A program made the position numbers and the translations under genes. Below the pieces are notes generated by a model that saw only the letters and a program-made list of their open reading frames with translations, searched no databases and was not told the origin of the DNA. Positions 37,356-51,056 of a stretch of 64,000 nt of DNA are shown here, one piece after another (the stretch's first letter is position 1; each line of letters opens with the position of its first letter). Source of the stretch: Macrostomum hystrix (lineage: Eukaryota; Animalia; Platyhelminthes); the NCBI GenBank assembly GCA_950097015.1, contig CATNEN010000034.1, positions 6,696,001 through 6,760,000 of the forward strand, written 5' to 3'.

Positions 37356-37908
37356 GCAGCCGGCTTGTGTACATTGTTTTCCATAGCAACCAATTATTTT
37401 GCATTAGATTTTGCACAGAAAAACTGGTGATGTTTGCGTATGAAATTTTATGGCATTAAAAGTACATAATAGTCTAGCTTGATTTCCGGTCAGTGAAAAG
37501 TGCACACAGCGCCATGTACTCTAATTTCATTGCTTATCTAATCTAATCTGATAGATAAAATTTGCGCGAGAAGCTTTTATTGTCACATTGTACTCTAAAT
37601 TTTGTTTGTAAAAAGCAGCTTTATATGCATCTGCGATACAGTACTGCCTGCTTTTAGTAGCATAGTAGTGTAGCGATTCCTTAATTTGCTTCATCTTCCG
37701 CACAACAATATTGCAATAAAGAGATTTGCCACAATGCAACGGTTATAACGTGCTTGCATTAGCGGATAAATATATATTTCTGCAACTACAAAACTAAAAA
37801 AAGTAACGTTTTGTAGATTTTTTTGTTTGTGGACTTGGCCTTTAAAAGTACATAATTATATGCTAAAGAAACAGGACATATAACGAAAGAGATTAGACAA
37901 ATATTCAG

Positions 37909-38420
37909 AGCGATAGCTTAGTTACCGAGAGAGACAGCTTAGATATCGAGATAGACAGCTTAGATAACGAGAGAGACAGCTTAGATACTGAGAGAGACAG
38001 CTTAGATACTGAGAGAGACAGCTTTGATACTGAGAGAGACAGCTTTGATACCGAGAGAGACAGCTTTGATAACAAGAGAGACAGCTTAGATAACAAGAGA
38101 GACAGCTTAGATGCTGAGAGACAGCTTAGATAACGAGAGAGACAGCTTAGATACTGAGAGAGACAGCTTAGATACTGAGAGAGACAGCTTAGATAACGAG
38201 AGAGACAGCTTAGATAACGAGAGAGACAGCTTAGATACTGAGAGAGACAGCTTAGATACTGAGAGAGACAGCTTAGATACTGAGAGAGACAGCTTTGATA
38301 CTGAGAGAGACAGCTTAGATACCGAGAGAGACAGCTTAGATACCGAGAGAGACAGCTTAGATACCGAGAGAGACAGCTTAGATACCGAGAGAGACAGCTT
38401 AGATACCGAGAGAGACAGCA
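37909..38420. repeat. 21-bp minisatellite (gagagagacagcttagatact)
   Basis: About 24 copies between the RhoGAP and EVA-1-like genes. Confidence 0.95.
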
Positions 38421-38726
38421 TTCGGAGCGAGAGAGAGGACAGTTAAAGAAATAATATTGTGAGGGAGATAACTGTTAGCAGCTGTTAGCAACAGTTAGTA
38501 ACTGCTATCTAGCCAATCAGATGCTTAATCTGAGACTCGCCACAACCAACCAGCGATCGCCAGCAATCAAGCAGCCAATGATTTGCGGTCGTGAATCGCA
38601 CAGGCAAAATTTAGGCAGAAGGGGCAGAAATTATATTTGATGCTGCTGAATGACGAGCAGCTATGTAAGCCATCCGACCAAAGTATCTGCTGTGTACTAT
38701 AATCATTGGATCAACGCTTGTCAAGA

Positions 38727-38943
38727 ATGATTATAAGTCAGAACAATCGTCAGCGGAAATCGCACACTTCATGGTACAATCGGGCTTCGTTTATCAGGGC
38801 CTCGCACCGGCTGATCTTGCTGCTAACCGTGCTGTTTCCACTTCTGGCCAAGGCCGACTCGGCAATGGATAGCGACCTTAACGACAACACGGCGTCCTTA
38901 GCAACAATCTATCTGGACTTGGAGAAGCTTGGTTACTATAGAG
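38727..38943 (+). CDS. EVA1C: EVA-1/EVA1C-like receptor exon 1 (signal peptide)
   Basis: Hydrophobic stretch LILLLTVLFPLLAKA. Donor G|GTAAAT, phase 1. CCAAT motifs at about 38512 and 38576 upstream. Confidence 0.72.
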
Positions 38944-39156
38944 GTAAATAGCCTTATTAGGAGCTAGTTACTGTATGTTCTTATGGAACTTAACAGTAGG
39001 ACCACCAAGCTATTTTTTTATTTTTTCCGAACGTTTTTCCACCATCGGGGGAATTCCCCCCTGACAATTATTTATGCTACACCTGAACAGAGCAACGCAA
39101 GAACGCGAAACTCAAGAACACGTCTCCAGTCTCCTAGTCCTACGTACCGTTGAGAT

Positions 39157-39549
39157 CCAGTGTATTTCATACCCCTATACACGAATTAGCACTGCGCCTC
39201 AGTGCGGCCTCGCCTGGCCTTCAAACTTTATCAGCACGTCACCCGAATGTGCCCGCATCATCTCCGACTTCTGTGGTTACGCACCTTTATCTAGACGGAG
39301 CTGCTGGACCTTCAACAGGTATTAGTTAAGTTTAGGCCAACATCGAGGCTTGATCAGCGAAAGTAGAAAGCAGAAGACGCTCTGCTGACGGTGCTGACGA
39401 CGTCGGGGTGGTGACTGACAACCACAGGCGAATGTCCTGTGGTTGAGCTTCGTCCAATATTGAGGCTTGATCAGTGAAATGGGAGAAATTTGCATCAGGG
39501 TGTCCGTAGTCGGCTGGTGCCAGTTGTTGAAGGTCCAGCAGCTGCGTCT
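39157..39549. mobile_element. Family 3 repeat, rearranged copy (3' half on - strand, 5' half on + strand)
   Basis: Homology to 11504-11791 in two orientations, with a 24-nt segment present in both (39293-39316 and 39526-39549). Confidence 0.72.
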
Positions 39550-40094
39550 TGAGAATCGATAAAAATTTAGTTCTAACTGTAGTTCTACTGTTAAACCAAA
39601 TAAGGAATTATATTTTAGCAACAATATAAAATGCCCAAAATTGTTTGCTAATTTCTGCCAAGCCGGAACTAATCAATCATTCAATTGAGTAATCACACAA
39701 AAATTAAAACGTATATTACATCTCCAACTAAGCAAGAAAATTTTCTTACAATACGCTGTATATATTATTTTATTAATATAGTGCCAGCACCTGAAACTTT
39801 TATTATTCAAAGCGGAATGGTAAGTAAGTCACGATACAGACAAAGGTCACAACAAGTACTAAAACTTAGCGCCAATCCAAGATTTGCAACAAACAATCAA
39901 CTCCAGAAATCACTGGAGGGACAAGGGATTTACTGGCGCGGATGAAAATGTCATCTGCGATTGCGTCTGTACGCGACGAATCGTGACGGCATGTTGAAGC
40001 TGAATTTCGAAAATTGCACAAACACAGAGGATGAGAACTTGGCACTTGAGGAACTGCTGCGATAAAGACAGATTCGCATGGAGAGAGGATAGAA

Positions 40095-40745
40095 GACGCT
40101 GAGGAGAGAAGATAGAGGAGAGAGGATAGAGGAGAGAAGATAGAGGAGAGAAGAGAGGAGAGAGGATAGGAGATGCTGTGGAGAGAAGATAGAGGAGAGA
40201 AGATAGAGGAGAGAAGATAGAGGAGAGAAGATAGAGGAGAGAGGATAGAGGAGAGAAGATAGAGGAGAGAAGATAGAGGAGAGAGGATAGAGGAGAGAAG
40301 ATAGAGGAGAGAAGATAGAGGAGAGAAGATAGAGGAGAGAAGATAGAGGAGAGAAGATAGAGGAGAGAAGATAGAGGAGAGAAGATAGAGGAGAGAGGAT
40401 AGAGGAGAGAAGATAGAGGAGAGAAGATAGAGGAGAGAAGATAGAGGAGAGAAGAGAGGAGAGAGGATAGGAGATGCTGTGGAGAGAAGATAGAGGAGAG
40501 AAGATAGAGGAGAGAAGAGAGGAGAGAGGATAGGAGATGCTGTGGAGAGAAGATAGAGGAGAGAAGATAGAGGAGAGAAGATAGAGGAGAGAGTAGAGAG
40601 GAGAGAGGGGAGAGGAGAGAGTAGAGAGTAGAGAGGAGAGAGTAGAGAGGAGAGAGGGGAGAGGAGAGAGGAGAGAGTAGAGAGAAGAGAGGAGAGAGGA
40701 GAGAGGAGAGAGGAGAATTGAGAGAGGGGAGGGGAGGCAGGGAGG
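40095..40745. repeat. 15-bp purine-rich minisatellite (gagaagatagaggag)
   Basis: About 35 copies grading into GA-rich sequence. Confidence 0.93.
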
Positions 40746-41143
40746 CAGAGGAATGAAGTGGAAGGGCATGAATTAATTTAACGGTGCCAACACACATCCC
40801 AGCATTGTCACGCTCCCAAATTCTAAGATGTTTGGACTTAAAGTTTAAAGCTTTCATCACCCCCTTGGTTGTCGGGTTAAAGTGTGTACCAAACAGCACA
40901 GCACTAGTTACTGGCAGTTTCTCGCCAAAAGATATTCGTCAAGATTTCGTCAATGTTGACACTCCCGACAAGAAATGTAAAGTTTGACAGTACAATATCA
41001 AGCCATCTAAAAGTTTAATAAAATTGATTTAGGTATTTAGGTCATATGTCATATTTGTAAGCCTGAAAAATTGGTCCCACCAATAGCTGGGGTAGAAATC
41101 TGGCGTGTGCCAGTCTCCCCAGTCCATGGACTGAACAGCTGTA

Positions 41144-41443
41144 CGCAGCACATCATTTGGTGACACTAGACCCGCAGCCAGCGAGGAGGCAATTCTGCCC
41201 ATTTCGCTGACTCCTGACCACACGCTGACACAGTGTGTGTACATCTGCCCTGAATTTCTCGTCGTCAGGCAGAGTACACTCTCACTGTGCCTGTTAGGTT
41301 GGCCATCAAGGGCGTAAATTGCATAACAATTGTCCCAAGCCTTCTCTCCAAGGCTGCGCCCCAAATAAATGTGGCCTCGTCGCGGAATCGAGCTCAGGTA
41401 CCCTGGTGCGAGAGGCACACGCGTTTACCACTCTGCCATTCCA
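41144..41443 (-). mobile_element. SINE family 1 copy lacking the tail (EVA-1-like intron 1)
   Basis: Reverse complement of the head (ggaatcgagctcaggtaccctgg...ctctgcca) and body. Confidence 0.87.
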
Positions 41444-41451
41444 CAGCTGCA

Positions 41452-42015
41452 GGGGTGTACATATGACCCCCCGCCACTGGGTGTACATATGACCCCCCGC
41501 CACTGGGTGTACATATGACCCCCCGCCACTGGGTGTACATATGACCCCCCGCCACTGGGTGTACATATGACCCCCGCCACTGGGTGTACATATGACCCCC
41601 CGCCACTGGGTGTACATATGACCCCCCGCCACTGGGTGTACATATGACCCCCCGCCACTGGGTGTACATATGACCCCCCGCCACGGGGTGTACGTATGAC
41701 CCCCACCACTGCGTGTACGTATGACCCCCCACCACTGGGTATACATATGACCCCCCACCACTGGGTATACATATGACCCCCCGCTACTGGGTGTACATAT
41801 GACCCCCCGCCACTGCGTGTACGTATGACCCCCCACCACTGGGTGTACATATGACCCCCGCTACTGGGTGTAGGTATGACCCCCCCACCACTGGGTGTAC
41901 ATATGAACCCCGCTACTGGGTGTACATATGACCCCCGCCACTGGGTGTAGATATGACCCCCCGCTACTGGGTGTACATATGACCCCCCGCCACTGGGTGT
42001 ACATATGACCCCCCG
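41452..42015. repeat. 26-bp GC-rich minisatellite (gggtgtacatatgaccccccgccact)
   Basis: About 22 copies abutting the SINE 5' end. Confidence 0.95.
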
Positions 42016-42417
42016 TTTTTAGATGCCTAGTTGAGGATTTCTAGTTTCTTCAACCTCTAATTCTAAAATACGCATTTAGAGCTAATGGCATGATATGAAA
42101 ATTAGCAAATTCAGCTGCTTCAGTTGCAAATGGGATGTTTGATTACGCAACAGATGATGAGGCCGAGTTTATCGTTAATTTCTCAACTAACAAGCCAGTT
42201 GTCCGTGTTCCAAGGCCGTATTGGAGTGCTCAATTGAAGTAAGGCAATGTGGGTTTCAGATATCCGGCAGAACTAATTGAGTTTTCAGGCGCAGCGAAAG
42301 GCTGGCTTCTGTCAACACACTGCATGGACCATGCCATAACTCTTGGCCGGCTAACGAACCGAAACTATTAGTATTATTTACATATGTAGCTTGTACGATG
42401 CGAAACTAAAACTGCAG

Positions 42418-42635
42418 CCTTACTCAAACCTCAAGGCTTAATCAGGCAGATGGTTCAGATGAACAGTCGCGTGGCCTGCCAAAACATCAGCCTGCAATGC
42501 CCTGATGGCTCGCAGATTCACGTTTTGGATTCAGTAAGCGGCGCTGGCTGCTCCGGTCGTCATGGCAACGGCACGCTTCAGCAGGCTCAACTGGCTATTG
42601 CCCAGTCGCAATGTCGAGTTTCGAAGGCTAAACAG
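42418..42635 (+). CDS. EVA1C: EVA-1-like exon 2 (first half of SUEL/Gal-lectin domain 1)
   Basis: actgcAG acceptor, phase 1 in frame. Encodes ACQNISLQCPDGSQIHVLDS. Donor CAG|GTGGGC. Confidence 0.75.
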
Positions 42636-42689
42636 GTGGGCCGTTCTTGACAAACATGACTTAAGATGTCATAATTCTAGCGCTCGTCG

Positions 42690-43070
42690 AAATTCCCCAG
42701 TTTACCGAAATCCCCCAGTTCATCGAAATCCCCAGTTCACTGAAGTCCCCAGTTTACCGAAATCCCCAGTTCAATGAATTTCCCAGTTTACCAAAATCCC
42801 CAGTTTGATGAAATCCCCAGTTCATCAAAATACCCAGTTCACTGAAATCCCCAGTTCACTGAAATCCCCTGTTCACTGAAATCCCCAGTTTACCGAAATC
42901 GCCAGTTTATCGAAATCCCCATTTTACCGAAATCCCCATTTTACTGAAATCCCCAATTCACCGAAATCCCAGTTCACCGAAATCCCCAGTTTACTGAAAT
43001 CCACAGTTCACTGAAATCCCCACTTCACCGAAATCCACAATTCGTCGAATCCGCCGTTTTCCGAATCCCA
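42690..43070. repeat. About 19-bp degenerate tandem repeat (gaaatccccagttcact)
   Basis: About 20 copies after the EVA-1-like exon 2 donor. Confidence 0.88.
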
Positions 43071-43565
43071 TTCCCATTCGCCAAATCACGTTTGCGTTAA
43101 CACTCATAATCCAGATTGCTTCATTCCCGAAGATAATTTGCTGTTGAATCATAGCAGCAGTTTTGCGTAACCAGTGCGTATAGGTAGGTAGGTTTTCGCA
43201 ATTTCAAAATCCATCAGATCGCGTGCTTGTTTTGCGTACACAGCATGCCAGGCTTACACTAAAGCCTGGTGTATTTCCCAAGACACTCTCCAACTCTCGC
43301 TTCCTCGTCATCTTTCCAGTTGATCTTTTCCTGATTAGGTAGGGGCCGAATGAGTTGTCGAATACTGAGAGTAGTGATCCGACTGGCTTGTGTAATCATA
43401 TTAGCAAATATGCAGGGTGAGTTCATTCACCGATACACTATAATCTTAACATGCAGTACGTATGACCCAAGTCTGCCAATGAATACGGTCCGCTTCACAA
43501 TTTATTAGCTTTGAAATAAAAAACTCTTTATGAATGTTGCATAAGTAATAGAGGTATTCGTGGTG

Positions 43566-44050
43566 GTAGGAGTACTATTAGTAGTAGTCCTAGTCGTAGT
43601 AGTAGCAGTATTATAAGTAGTAGTAGTAGTAGTAGTAGTTTTAGTATTAGTATTAGTATTAGCAGTAGTAGTAGTTGTTGTTGTAGTAGTAGTAGTAGTA
43701 GTGGTGGTATTAGTAGTAGTAGTAGCAGTAGTTGTAGTATTAGTATTAATAGTAGTAGTAGTAGTAGTAGTATTAGTATTAGTATTAGCAGTAGTAGTAG
43801 TAGTAGCAGTAGTTTTAGTATTAGTATTAGTATTAGTAGTGGTAGTAGTAGCAGCAGTAGTAGTAGTGGTAGTAGTAGTAGTAGTAGTGGTATTAGTAGT
43901 AGTAGTATTAGCAGTAGTAGTAGTAGTAGTAGTAGTAGTAGCAGTAGTTTTAGTATAAGTATTAGAATTAATATTAGTAGTAGTAGTAGTAGCAGCAGTA
44001 GTAGTAGTGGTAGTAGTAGTAGTATTAGTAGTAGTAGTAGTACTAGTAGT
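43566..44050. repeat. (GTA)n microsatellite
   Basis: About 160 interrupted triplets. Confidence 0.95.
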
Positions 44051-44269
44051 GAGGGACACTGTACACTGTTTGTAGTACTTTGGACCATAATAATTCCGTT
44101 TTGTTTTTTTCAAATTGAATTTTCTTTTAATTACCCCCTTCCCGTAGCCAGTCTGATCTGTCTGTCCCAAAACGAATTCCCTCGTGTGTGTGATCCCGAC
44201 TAAATTACCCAATCCTTAGCTTTTGGGATTCCACTGTGCCCTCTGGCATAATCTATCCCACACACTCAC

Positions 44270-45797
44270 TCTCTACCAATCTATCTACCAAACCCTCGCT
44301 TTACCAGTCCATCTACCAAAGTCTATCTACCAATCTATCTACTAAACTCTCTCTCTACTAATCTATTTACCAAACTCTCTCTCTACCAATCTATCTACCA
44401 AACTCTCTCTCTACCAATCTATCTACTAAACTCTCTCTCTACCAATCTATTTACCAAACTCTCTCTCTACCTATCTATCTACCAAACTCTCTCTCTACCA
44501 ATCTATCTACTAAACTCTCTCTCTACCAATCTATCTACTAAACTCTCTCTCTACTAATCTATTTACCAAACTCTCTCTCTACCAATCTATCTACTAAACT
44601 CTCTCTCTACTAATCTATTTACCAAACTCTCTCTCTACCAATCTATCTACCAAACTCTCTCTCTACCAATCTATCTACTAAACTCTCTCTCTACTAATCT
44701 ATTTACCAAACTCTCTCTCTACCAATCTATCTACTAAACTCTCTCTCTACTAATCTATCTACCAAACTCTCTCTCTACCAATCTATCTACTAAACTCTCT
44801 CTCTACTAATCTATTTACCAAACTCTCTCTCTACCAATCTATCTACTAAACTCTCTCTCTACTAATCTATTTACCAAACTCTCTCTCTACCAATCTATCT
44901 ACCAAACTCTCTCTCTACCAATCTATTTACCAAACTCTCTCTCTACCTATCTATCTACCAAACTCTCTCTCTACCAATCTATCTACTAAACTCTCTCTCT
45001 ACTAATCTATCTACCAAACTCTTTATCTACTAATCTATCTACCAAACTCTCTCTCTACCAATCTATCTACTAAACTCTCTCTCTACTAATCTATCTACCA
45101 AACTCTCTCTCTACTAATCTATCTACCAAACTCTCTCTCTTCTAATCTATTTACCAAACTCTCTCTCTACCAATCTATCTACTAAACTCTCTCTCTCTAC
45201 TAATCTATCTACCAAACTCTCTCTCTACCAATCTATCTACTAAACTCTTTATCTACTAATCTATCTACTAAACTCTCTCTCTACTAATCTATCTACTAAA
45301 CTCTCTCTCTACTAATCTATCTACTAAACTCTCTCTCTACTAATCTATCTACCAAACTCTCTCTCTACCAATCTATCTACTAAACTCTTTATCTACTAAT
45401 CTATCTACTAAACTCTCTCTCTACCAATCTATCTACTAAACTCTCTCTCTACTAATCTATCTACCAAACTCTCTCTCTACCAATCTATCTACTAAACTCT
45501 CTCTCTACTAATCTATCTACTAAACTCTCTCTCTACTAATCTATCTACTAAACTCTCTCTACTAATCTATCTACTAAACTCTCTCTACTAATCTATCTAC
45601 TAAACTCTCTCTCTACTAATCTATCTACTAAACTCTCTCTCTACTAATCTATCTACCAAACTCTCTCTCTACCAATCTATCTACTAAACTCTCTCTCTAC
45701 TAATCTATCTACTAAACTCTCTCTCTCTACTAATCTATTTACCAAACTCTCTCTCTACCAATCTATCTACCAAACTCTTTATCTACTAATCTATCTC
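44270..45797. repeat. 28-bp minisatellite (ctctctctctaccaatctatctaccaaa)
   Basis: About 54 copies. Confidence 0.95.
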
Positions 45798-46550
45798 CCA
45801 AAAATCCCATTTCCGGTTATCCTATCCTACAGTTCAGCCCAATCGGTCCACACGGAGCGAACCAGACGGCAATGCCAAGTCTGGAATTGACATAGGCAAT
45901 TTCTGTCCCTACCTCTGACTGGGAGTCAATAAGAGAACTGCCAAGATCCAGTTTAATTTCATCTAGAATTTCAACGTGGCTTCGCGTCGAGTGGGTGTTG
46001 GTGATGCATTGCAGCTACTCAAGTGTAATGAAAATTTCCTAATATTCAGTTTTACCTGGATTTTTTGTCTAGTTTTCCAATTTTATCTCAATCTTGGCTC
46101 TTAAGATGCTTGCACTTTTAGTTCCATAAATTACATGTACAATTAATACGTTTTTTCTATACATATCGCCAGTAACCCTGTACTCACAGTGAATGGGCAA
46201 TGGCTGAGTACATGTAGTTGACTTGCTGTCATGTGGCAATCAGTAATGGGTAGACATTTGGGATTTAAATAATTTATTTTGTCAGTAAAACAGAATTGAC
46301 GGCCCCGTAATGCCATATCCGATTCCTCTCTTTCTCAGCCGCCTCCTCTACGTCTCACCACCTCCTCATTCTCTCTTCTCTTGTCACAACCTCTCGTTCA
46401 AACATAATTTCCGTCCAAATTTTTCTACCGCCATCTTCATCATAATATACCACTTTTACATTATCCCACATTATCGGTCTTTCACTTTTCTCGTACTAAA
46501 GTATCTGTCTTCTCTCTTTTTCCTTATAACCTTTCTCTTGTATATCTATT

Positions 46551-46784
46551 TCCTCTCTCCTGTCTCCTCTCTCCTGTCTCCGCTCTCTTGTCTCCTCTCT
46601 CCTGCCTCATCTCTCCTGTCTCCTCTCTCCTGTCTCCTCTCTCCTGTCTCCGCTCTCTTGTCTCCTCACTCCTGTCTCCTCACTCCTGTCTCCTCTCTCC
46701 TGTCTCCTGTCTCCTCTCTCCTGTCTCCTCACTCCTGTCTCCTCTCTCCTGTCTCCGCTCTCCTGTTTCCGCTCTCTTGTCTCT

Positions 46785-46842
<58 letters not shown>

Positions 46843-47057
46843 GCTCATCTCTCCTGTCTCATCTCTACCGTCTCCTGTCTCCTCACTCCTGTCTCCTCTC
46901 TCCTGTCTCCTCACTCCTGTCTCCTCTCTCCTATCTCCTCACTCCTGTCTCCTCACTCCTGTCTCCTCTCTCCTGTCTCCGCTCTCCTGTTTCCGCTCTC
47001 TTGTCTCTTGTCTCCTGCCTCCTGGCTCATCTCTCCTGTCTCCTCTGTCCTGTCTCC
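46551..47057. repeat. Pyrimidine-rich (ctcctgt)-based repeat
   Basis: 7-bp core with ctctctc interruptions. Confidence 0.9.
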
Positions 47058-47694
47058 ACGATCAAGTTCCCGACTTTCTGTCTGTAGTCTGAGTTTTGCC
47101 TTATTTACTCTCCTCCTAATAGAGATCACAGACAAGCATTTCTTGACACACTTAAGTCCGTTTTAAAACAGCGGCAAGTATAAAAACCTAGATGGATTTA
47201 AGTAACCATTTTTTCACTGAAACGGGTACCAGAACACTTAAAAACAATGTTGAGTCAGTCGATAGTTTAGCACTATTCTACTGCAAAGCCATCGATTCCA
47301 CTTTTTTAGTCTAAAACGAAGGCTTTCACCCGGTCCCGGTTTGAAAGTGCCGACAGAAATTGTCACATTGCTGAAGGTTGGAATGAAATCTTCGGCAACT
47401 ATGCAGCGCGGCACATCTGGAAGCCAGTTTTTTATTAGAATTGTTTGGTTGACCTCAGATTTCACCTTCTGCCACTTTTTTGGCACCTGACAAGCTGACA
47501 AGATGTGCGCAAGCGGAAATGTGACTGGATTAGGATAATCTGAACTGTGGGATCGAATAGGGATTAGAAATGGGGATACGAAGCTAATATATTAAAATCT
47601 ATTAATCTACTAATCTATTAATCTATTAATCCCACAAAACAAAATTGGAATATTAGATAGGGATAAGAATCCCAAACAGGATCAGTAAAACTTC

Positions 47695-50000
47695 AATGGG
47701 GATAAGAATCCCCCAACTAGTTTAGAAAATAGTAGATGGGATAATAATCCCAAACTGGATTAGAAAATAGTAGATGGATAATAATCCCAAACTGGATTGG
47801 AAAATAGTAGATGGGATAAGAATCCCAAACTGGATTGGAAAATAGTAGATGGGATAAGAATCCCAAACTGGATTGGAAAATAGTAGATGGGATAAGAATC
47901 CCAAACTGGATTGGAAAATAGTAGATGGGATAAGAATCCCAAACTGGATTGGAAAATAGTAGATGGAATAATAATCCCAAACTGGATTGGAAAATAGTAG
48001 ATGGATAATAATCCCAAACTGGATTGGAAAATAGTAGATGGGATAAGAATCCCAAACTGGATTGGAAAATAGTAGATGGGATAAGAATCCCAAACTGGAT
48101 TGGAAAATAGTAGATGGGATAAGAATCCCAAACTGGATTGGAAAATAGTAGATGGGATAAGAATCCCAAACTGGATTGGAAAATAGTAGATGGAATAATA
48201 ATCCCAAACTGGATTGGAAAATAGTAGATGGGATAAGAATCCCAAACTGGATTGGAAAATAGTAGATGGGATAAGAATCCCAAACTGGATTGGAAAATAG
48301 TAGATGGGATAAGAATCCCAAACTGGATTAGAAAATAGTAGATGGAATAATAATCCCAAACTGGATTAGAAAATAGTAGATGGATAATAATCCCAAACTG
48401 GATTGGAAAATAGTAGATGGGATAAGAATCCCAAACTGGATTGGAAAATAGTAGATGGGATAAGAATCCCAAACTGGATTGGAAAATAGTAGATGGATAA
48501 TAATCCCAAACTGGATTGGAAAATAGTAGATGGGATAAGAATCCCAAACTGGATTGGAAAATAGTAGATGGGATAAGAATCCCAAACTGGATTGCAGAAT
48601 AGTAGATGGGATAGGAATCCCAAACTGGATTGGAAAATAGTAGATGGATAATAATCCCAAACTGGATTGGAAAATAGTAGATGGGATAAGAATCCCAAAC
48701 TGGATTGGAAAATAGTAGATGGGATAAGAATCCCAAACTGGATTGGAAAATAGTAGATGAGATAAGAATCCCAAACTGGATTGGAAAATAGTAGATGGGA
48801 TAAGAATCCCAAACTGGATTGGAAAATAGTAGATGAGATAAGAATCCCAAACTGGATTGGAAAATAGTAGATGAGATAAGAATCCCAAACTGGATTGGAA
48901 AATAGTAGATGGGATAAGAATCCCAAACTGGATTGGAAAATAGTAGATGGGATAAGAATCCCAAACTGGATTGGAAAATAGTAGATGGGATAAGAATCCC
49001 AAACTGGATTGCAGAATAGTAGATGGGATAAGAATCCCAAACTGGATTGGAAAATAGTAGATGGATAATAATCCCAAACTGGATTGGAAAATAGTAGATG
49101 GGATAAGAATCCCAAACTGGATTGGAAAATAGTAGATGCGATAAGAATCCCAAACTGTATTGGAAAATAGTAGATTGGATAAGAATCCCAAACTGGATTG
49201 GAAAATAGTAGATGGGATAAGAATCCCAAACTGGATTGGAAAATAGTAGATGGGATAAGAATCCCAAACTGGATTGGAAAATAGTAGATGGGATAAGAAT
49301 CCCAAACTGGATTGGATTGGAAAATAGTAGATGGGATAAGAATCCCAAACTGGATTAGAAAATAGTAGATGGGATAAGAATCCCAAACTGGATTGGAAAA
49401 TAGTAGATGGGATAAGAATCCCAAACTGGATTGGAAAATAGTAGATGGGATAAGAATCCCAAACTTGATTAGAAAATAGTAGATGGGATAAGAATCCCAA
49501 ACTTGATTAGAAAATAGTAGATGGGATAAGAATCCCAAACTTGATTAGAAAATAGTAGATGGGATAAGAATCCCAAACTTGATTAGAAAATAGTAGATGG
49601 GATAAGAATCCCAAACTTGATTAGAAAATAGTAGATGGGATAAGAATCCCAAACTGGATTGGAAAATAGTAGATGGGATAAGAATCCCAAACTGGATTGG
49701 AAAATAGTAGATGGGATAAGAATCCCAAACTTGATTAGAAAATAGTAGATGGGATAAGAATCCCAAACTTGATTAGAAAATAGTAGATGGGATAAGAATC
49801 CCAAACTTGATTAGAAAATAGTAGATGGGATAAGAATCCCAAACTGGATTGGAAAATAGTAGATGGGATAAGAATCCCAAACTGGATTAGAAAATAGTAG
49901 ATGGGATAAAAATCCCAAACTGGATTGGAAAATAGTAGATGGGATAAGAATCCCAAACTCGATTAGAAAATAGTAGATGGGATAAGAATCCGCCAACTGG
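47695..50000. repeat. 38-bp minisatellite (aatcccaaactggattggaaaatagtagatgggataag)
   Basis: About 60 copies. Confidence 0.97.
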
Positions 50001-50015
50001 ATTAAAATTTTTGAC

Positions 50016-50088
50016 TTCCTCTGGAGTCGGGAATCGAACCCCCGACCTTCAACTCGTGAGTCCGACGCTCTCACAGCTAGGCTACAAT
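50016..50088 (-). mobile_element. SINE family 2 tRNA-like head
   Basis: Minus strand reads tgtagcctagctgtgagagcgtcggactcacgagttgaaggtcgggggttcgattcccgactcca, with A and B boxes. No acceptor stem. Confidence 0.65.
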
Positions 50089-50666
50089 AAATTTAACTTG
50101 AAATTAAACGATCCCAAAACCTTTTAATGGGATTACAACAAACAAATAATTTTAACCTTCTAAGAAATGAATCATCTCAGCAATAAAAACGGGTGTCTTT
50201 AGAAACAATGCTTGCTACTGGGCACAATTTACTTTCTAAAAAATGAAACGCGAAATATCTACGCAGTGACACATAAAGCAGATATTTATTAGCCAATAAT
50301 CATCATTCGCAAATCCCGTTGGCAGGAGGGCAAAACGCCATCCATCAGAAAGAAAAATTTAAGCAGAAGTTTTTCTATGTGGGTTGAAAGCCGCTTTTTA
50401 TGTTCCGACGTTTCGGATATTCACTAGCAGAATTGTCGCAGAAAATTGATGGATGAAACAAAGACCTAACTCGATGGCGGAAGCCGGTCTTTGTTTTTCA
50501 AAAGCGTCACGGTCAACTCTTTGTGTCTTTTTTTTTACGGGAAAGCAAGGATAATCTGTGATTTTTGCTTGACAACATGACGCATTTGGGAACCTCGATT
50601 GAGGGTAAGCTGAATAAACAGAGCGTGAGATTTAGGCACTTCTTGCCTACTAAGGGAAGCTTTACA

Positions 50667-51056
50667 GACAGACAGACACCCAGGACAGACTGACACCTAG
50701 GACAGACAGACAGACACCTAGGACAGACAGAAACCTAGGACAGACAGACACCTAGGACAGACAGACACCTAGGACAGACAGACACCTAGGACAGACAGAC
50801 ACCCAGGACAGACAGACACCTAGGACAGACAGACACCCAGGACAGACTGACACCCAGGACAGACTGACACCCAGGACAGACAGGCACCCAGGACAGACAG
50901 ACACCCAGGACAGACAGACACCCAGGACAGACAGGCACCCAGGACAGACAGACACCCAGGACAGACAGACACCCAGGACAGACAGACACCCAGGACAGAC
51001 AGACACCCAGGACAGACAGACACCCAGGACAGACAGACACCCAGGACAGACAGACT
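50667..51056. repeat. 17-bp minisatellite (cacccaggacagacaga)
   Basis: About 22 copies. Confidence 0.93.

Noticed and set aside
43505-44212. Mucin-like poly-Thr ORF
   Set aside because: It is the antisense reading of a (GTA)n microsatellite inside an intron.
47717-49538. 390-543 aa minus-strand ORFs
   Set aside because: They are translations of the 38-bp array.
50016-50088. Functional tRNA-Val(CAC)
   Set aside because: There is no acceptor stem and the anticodon stem is weak. The head is shared with a SINE at 36486.
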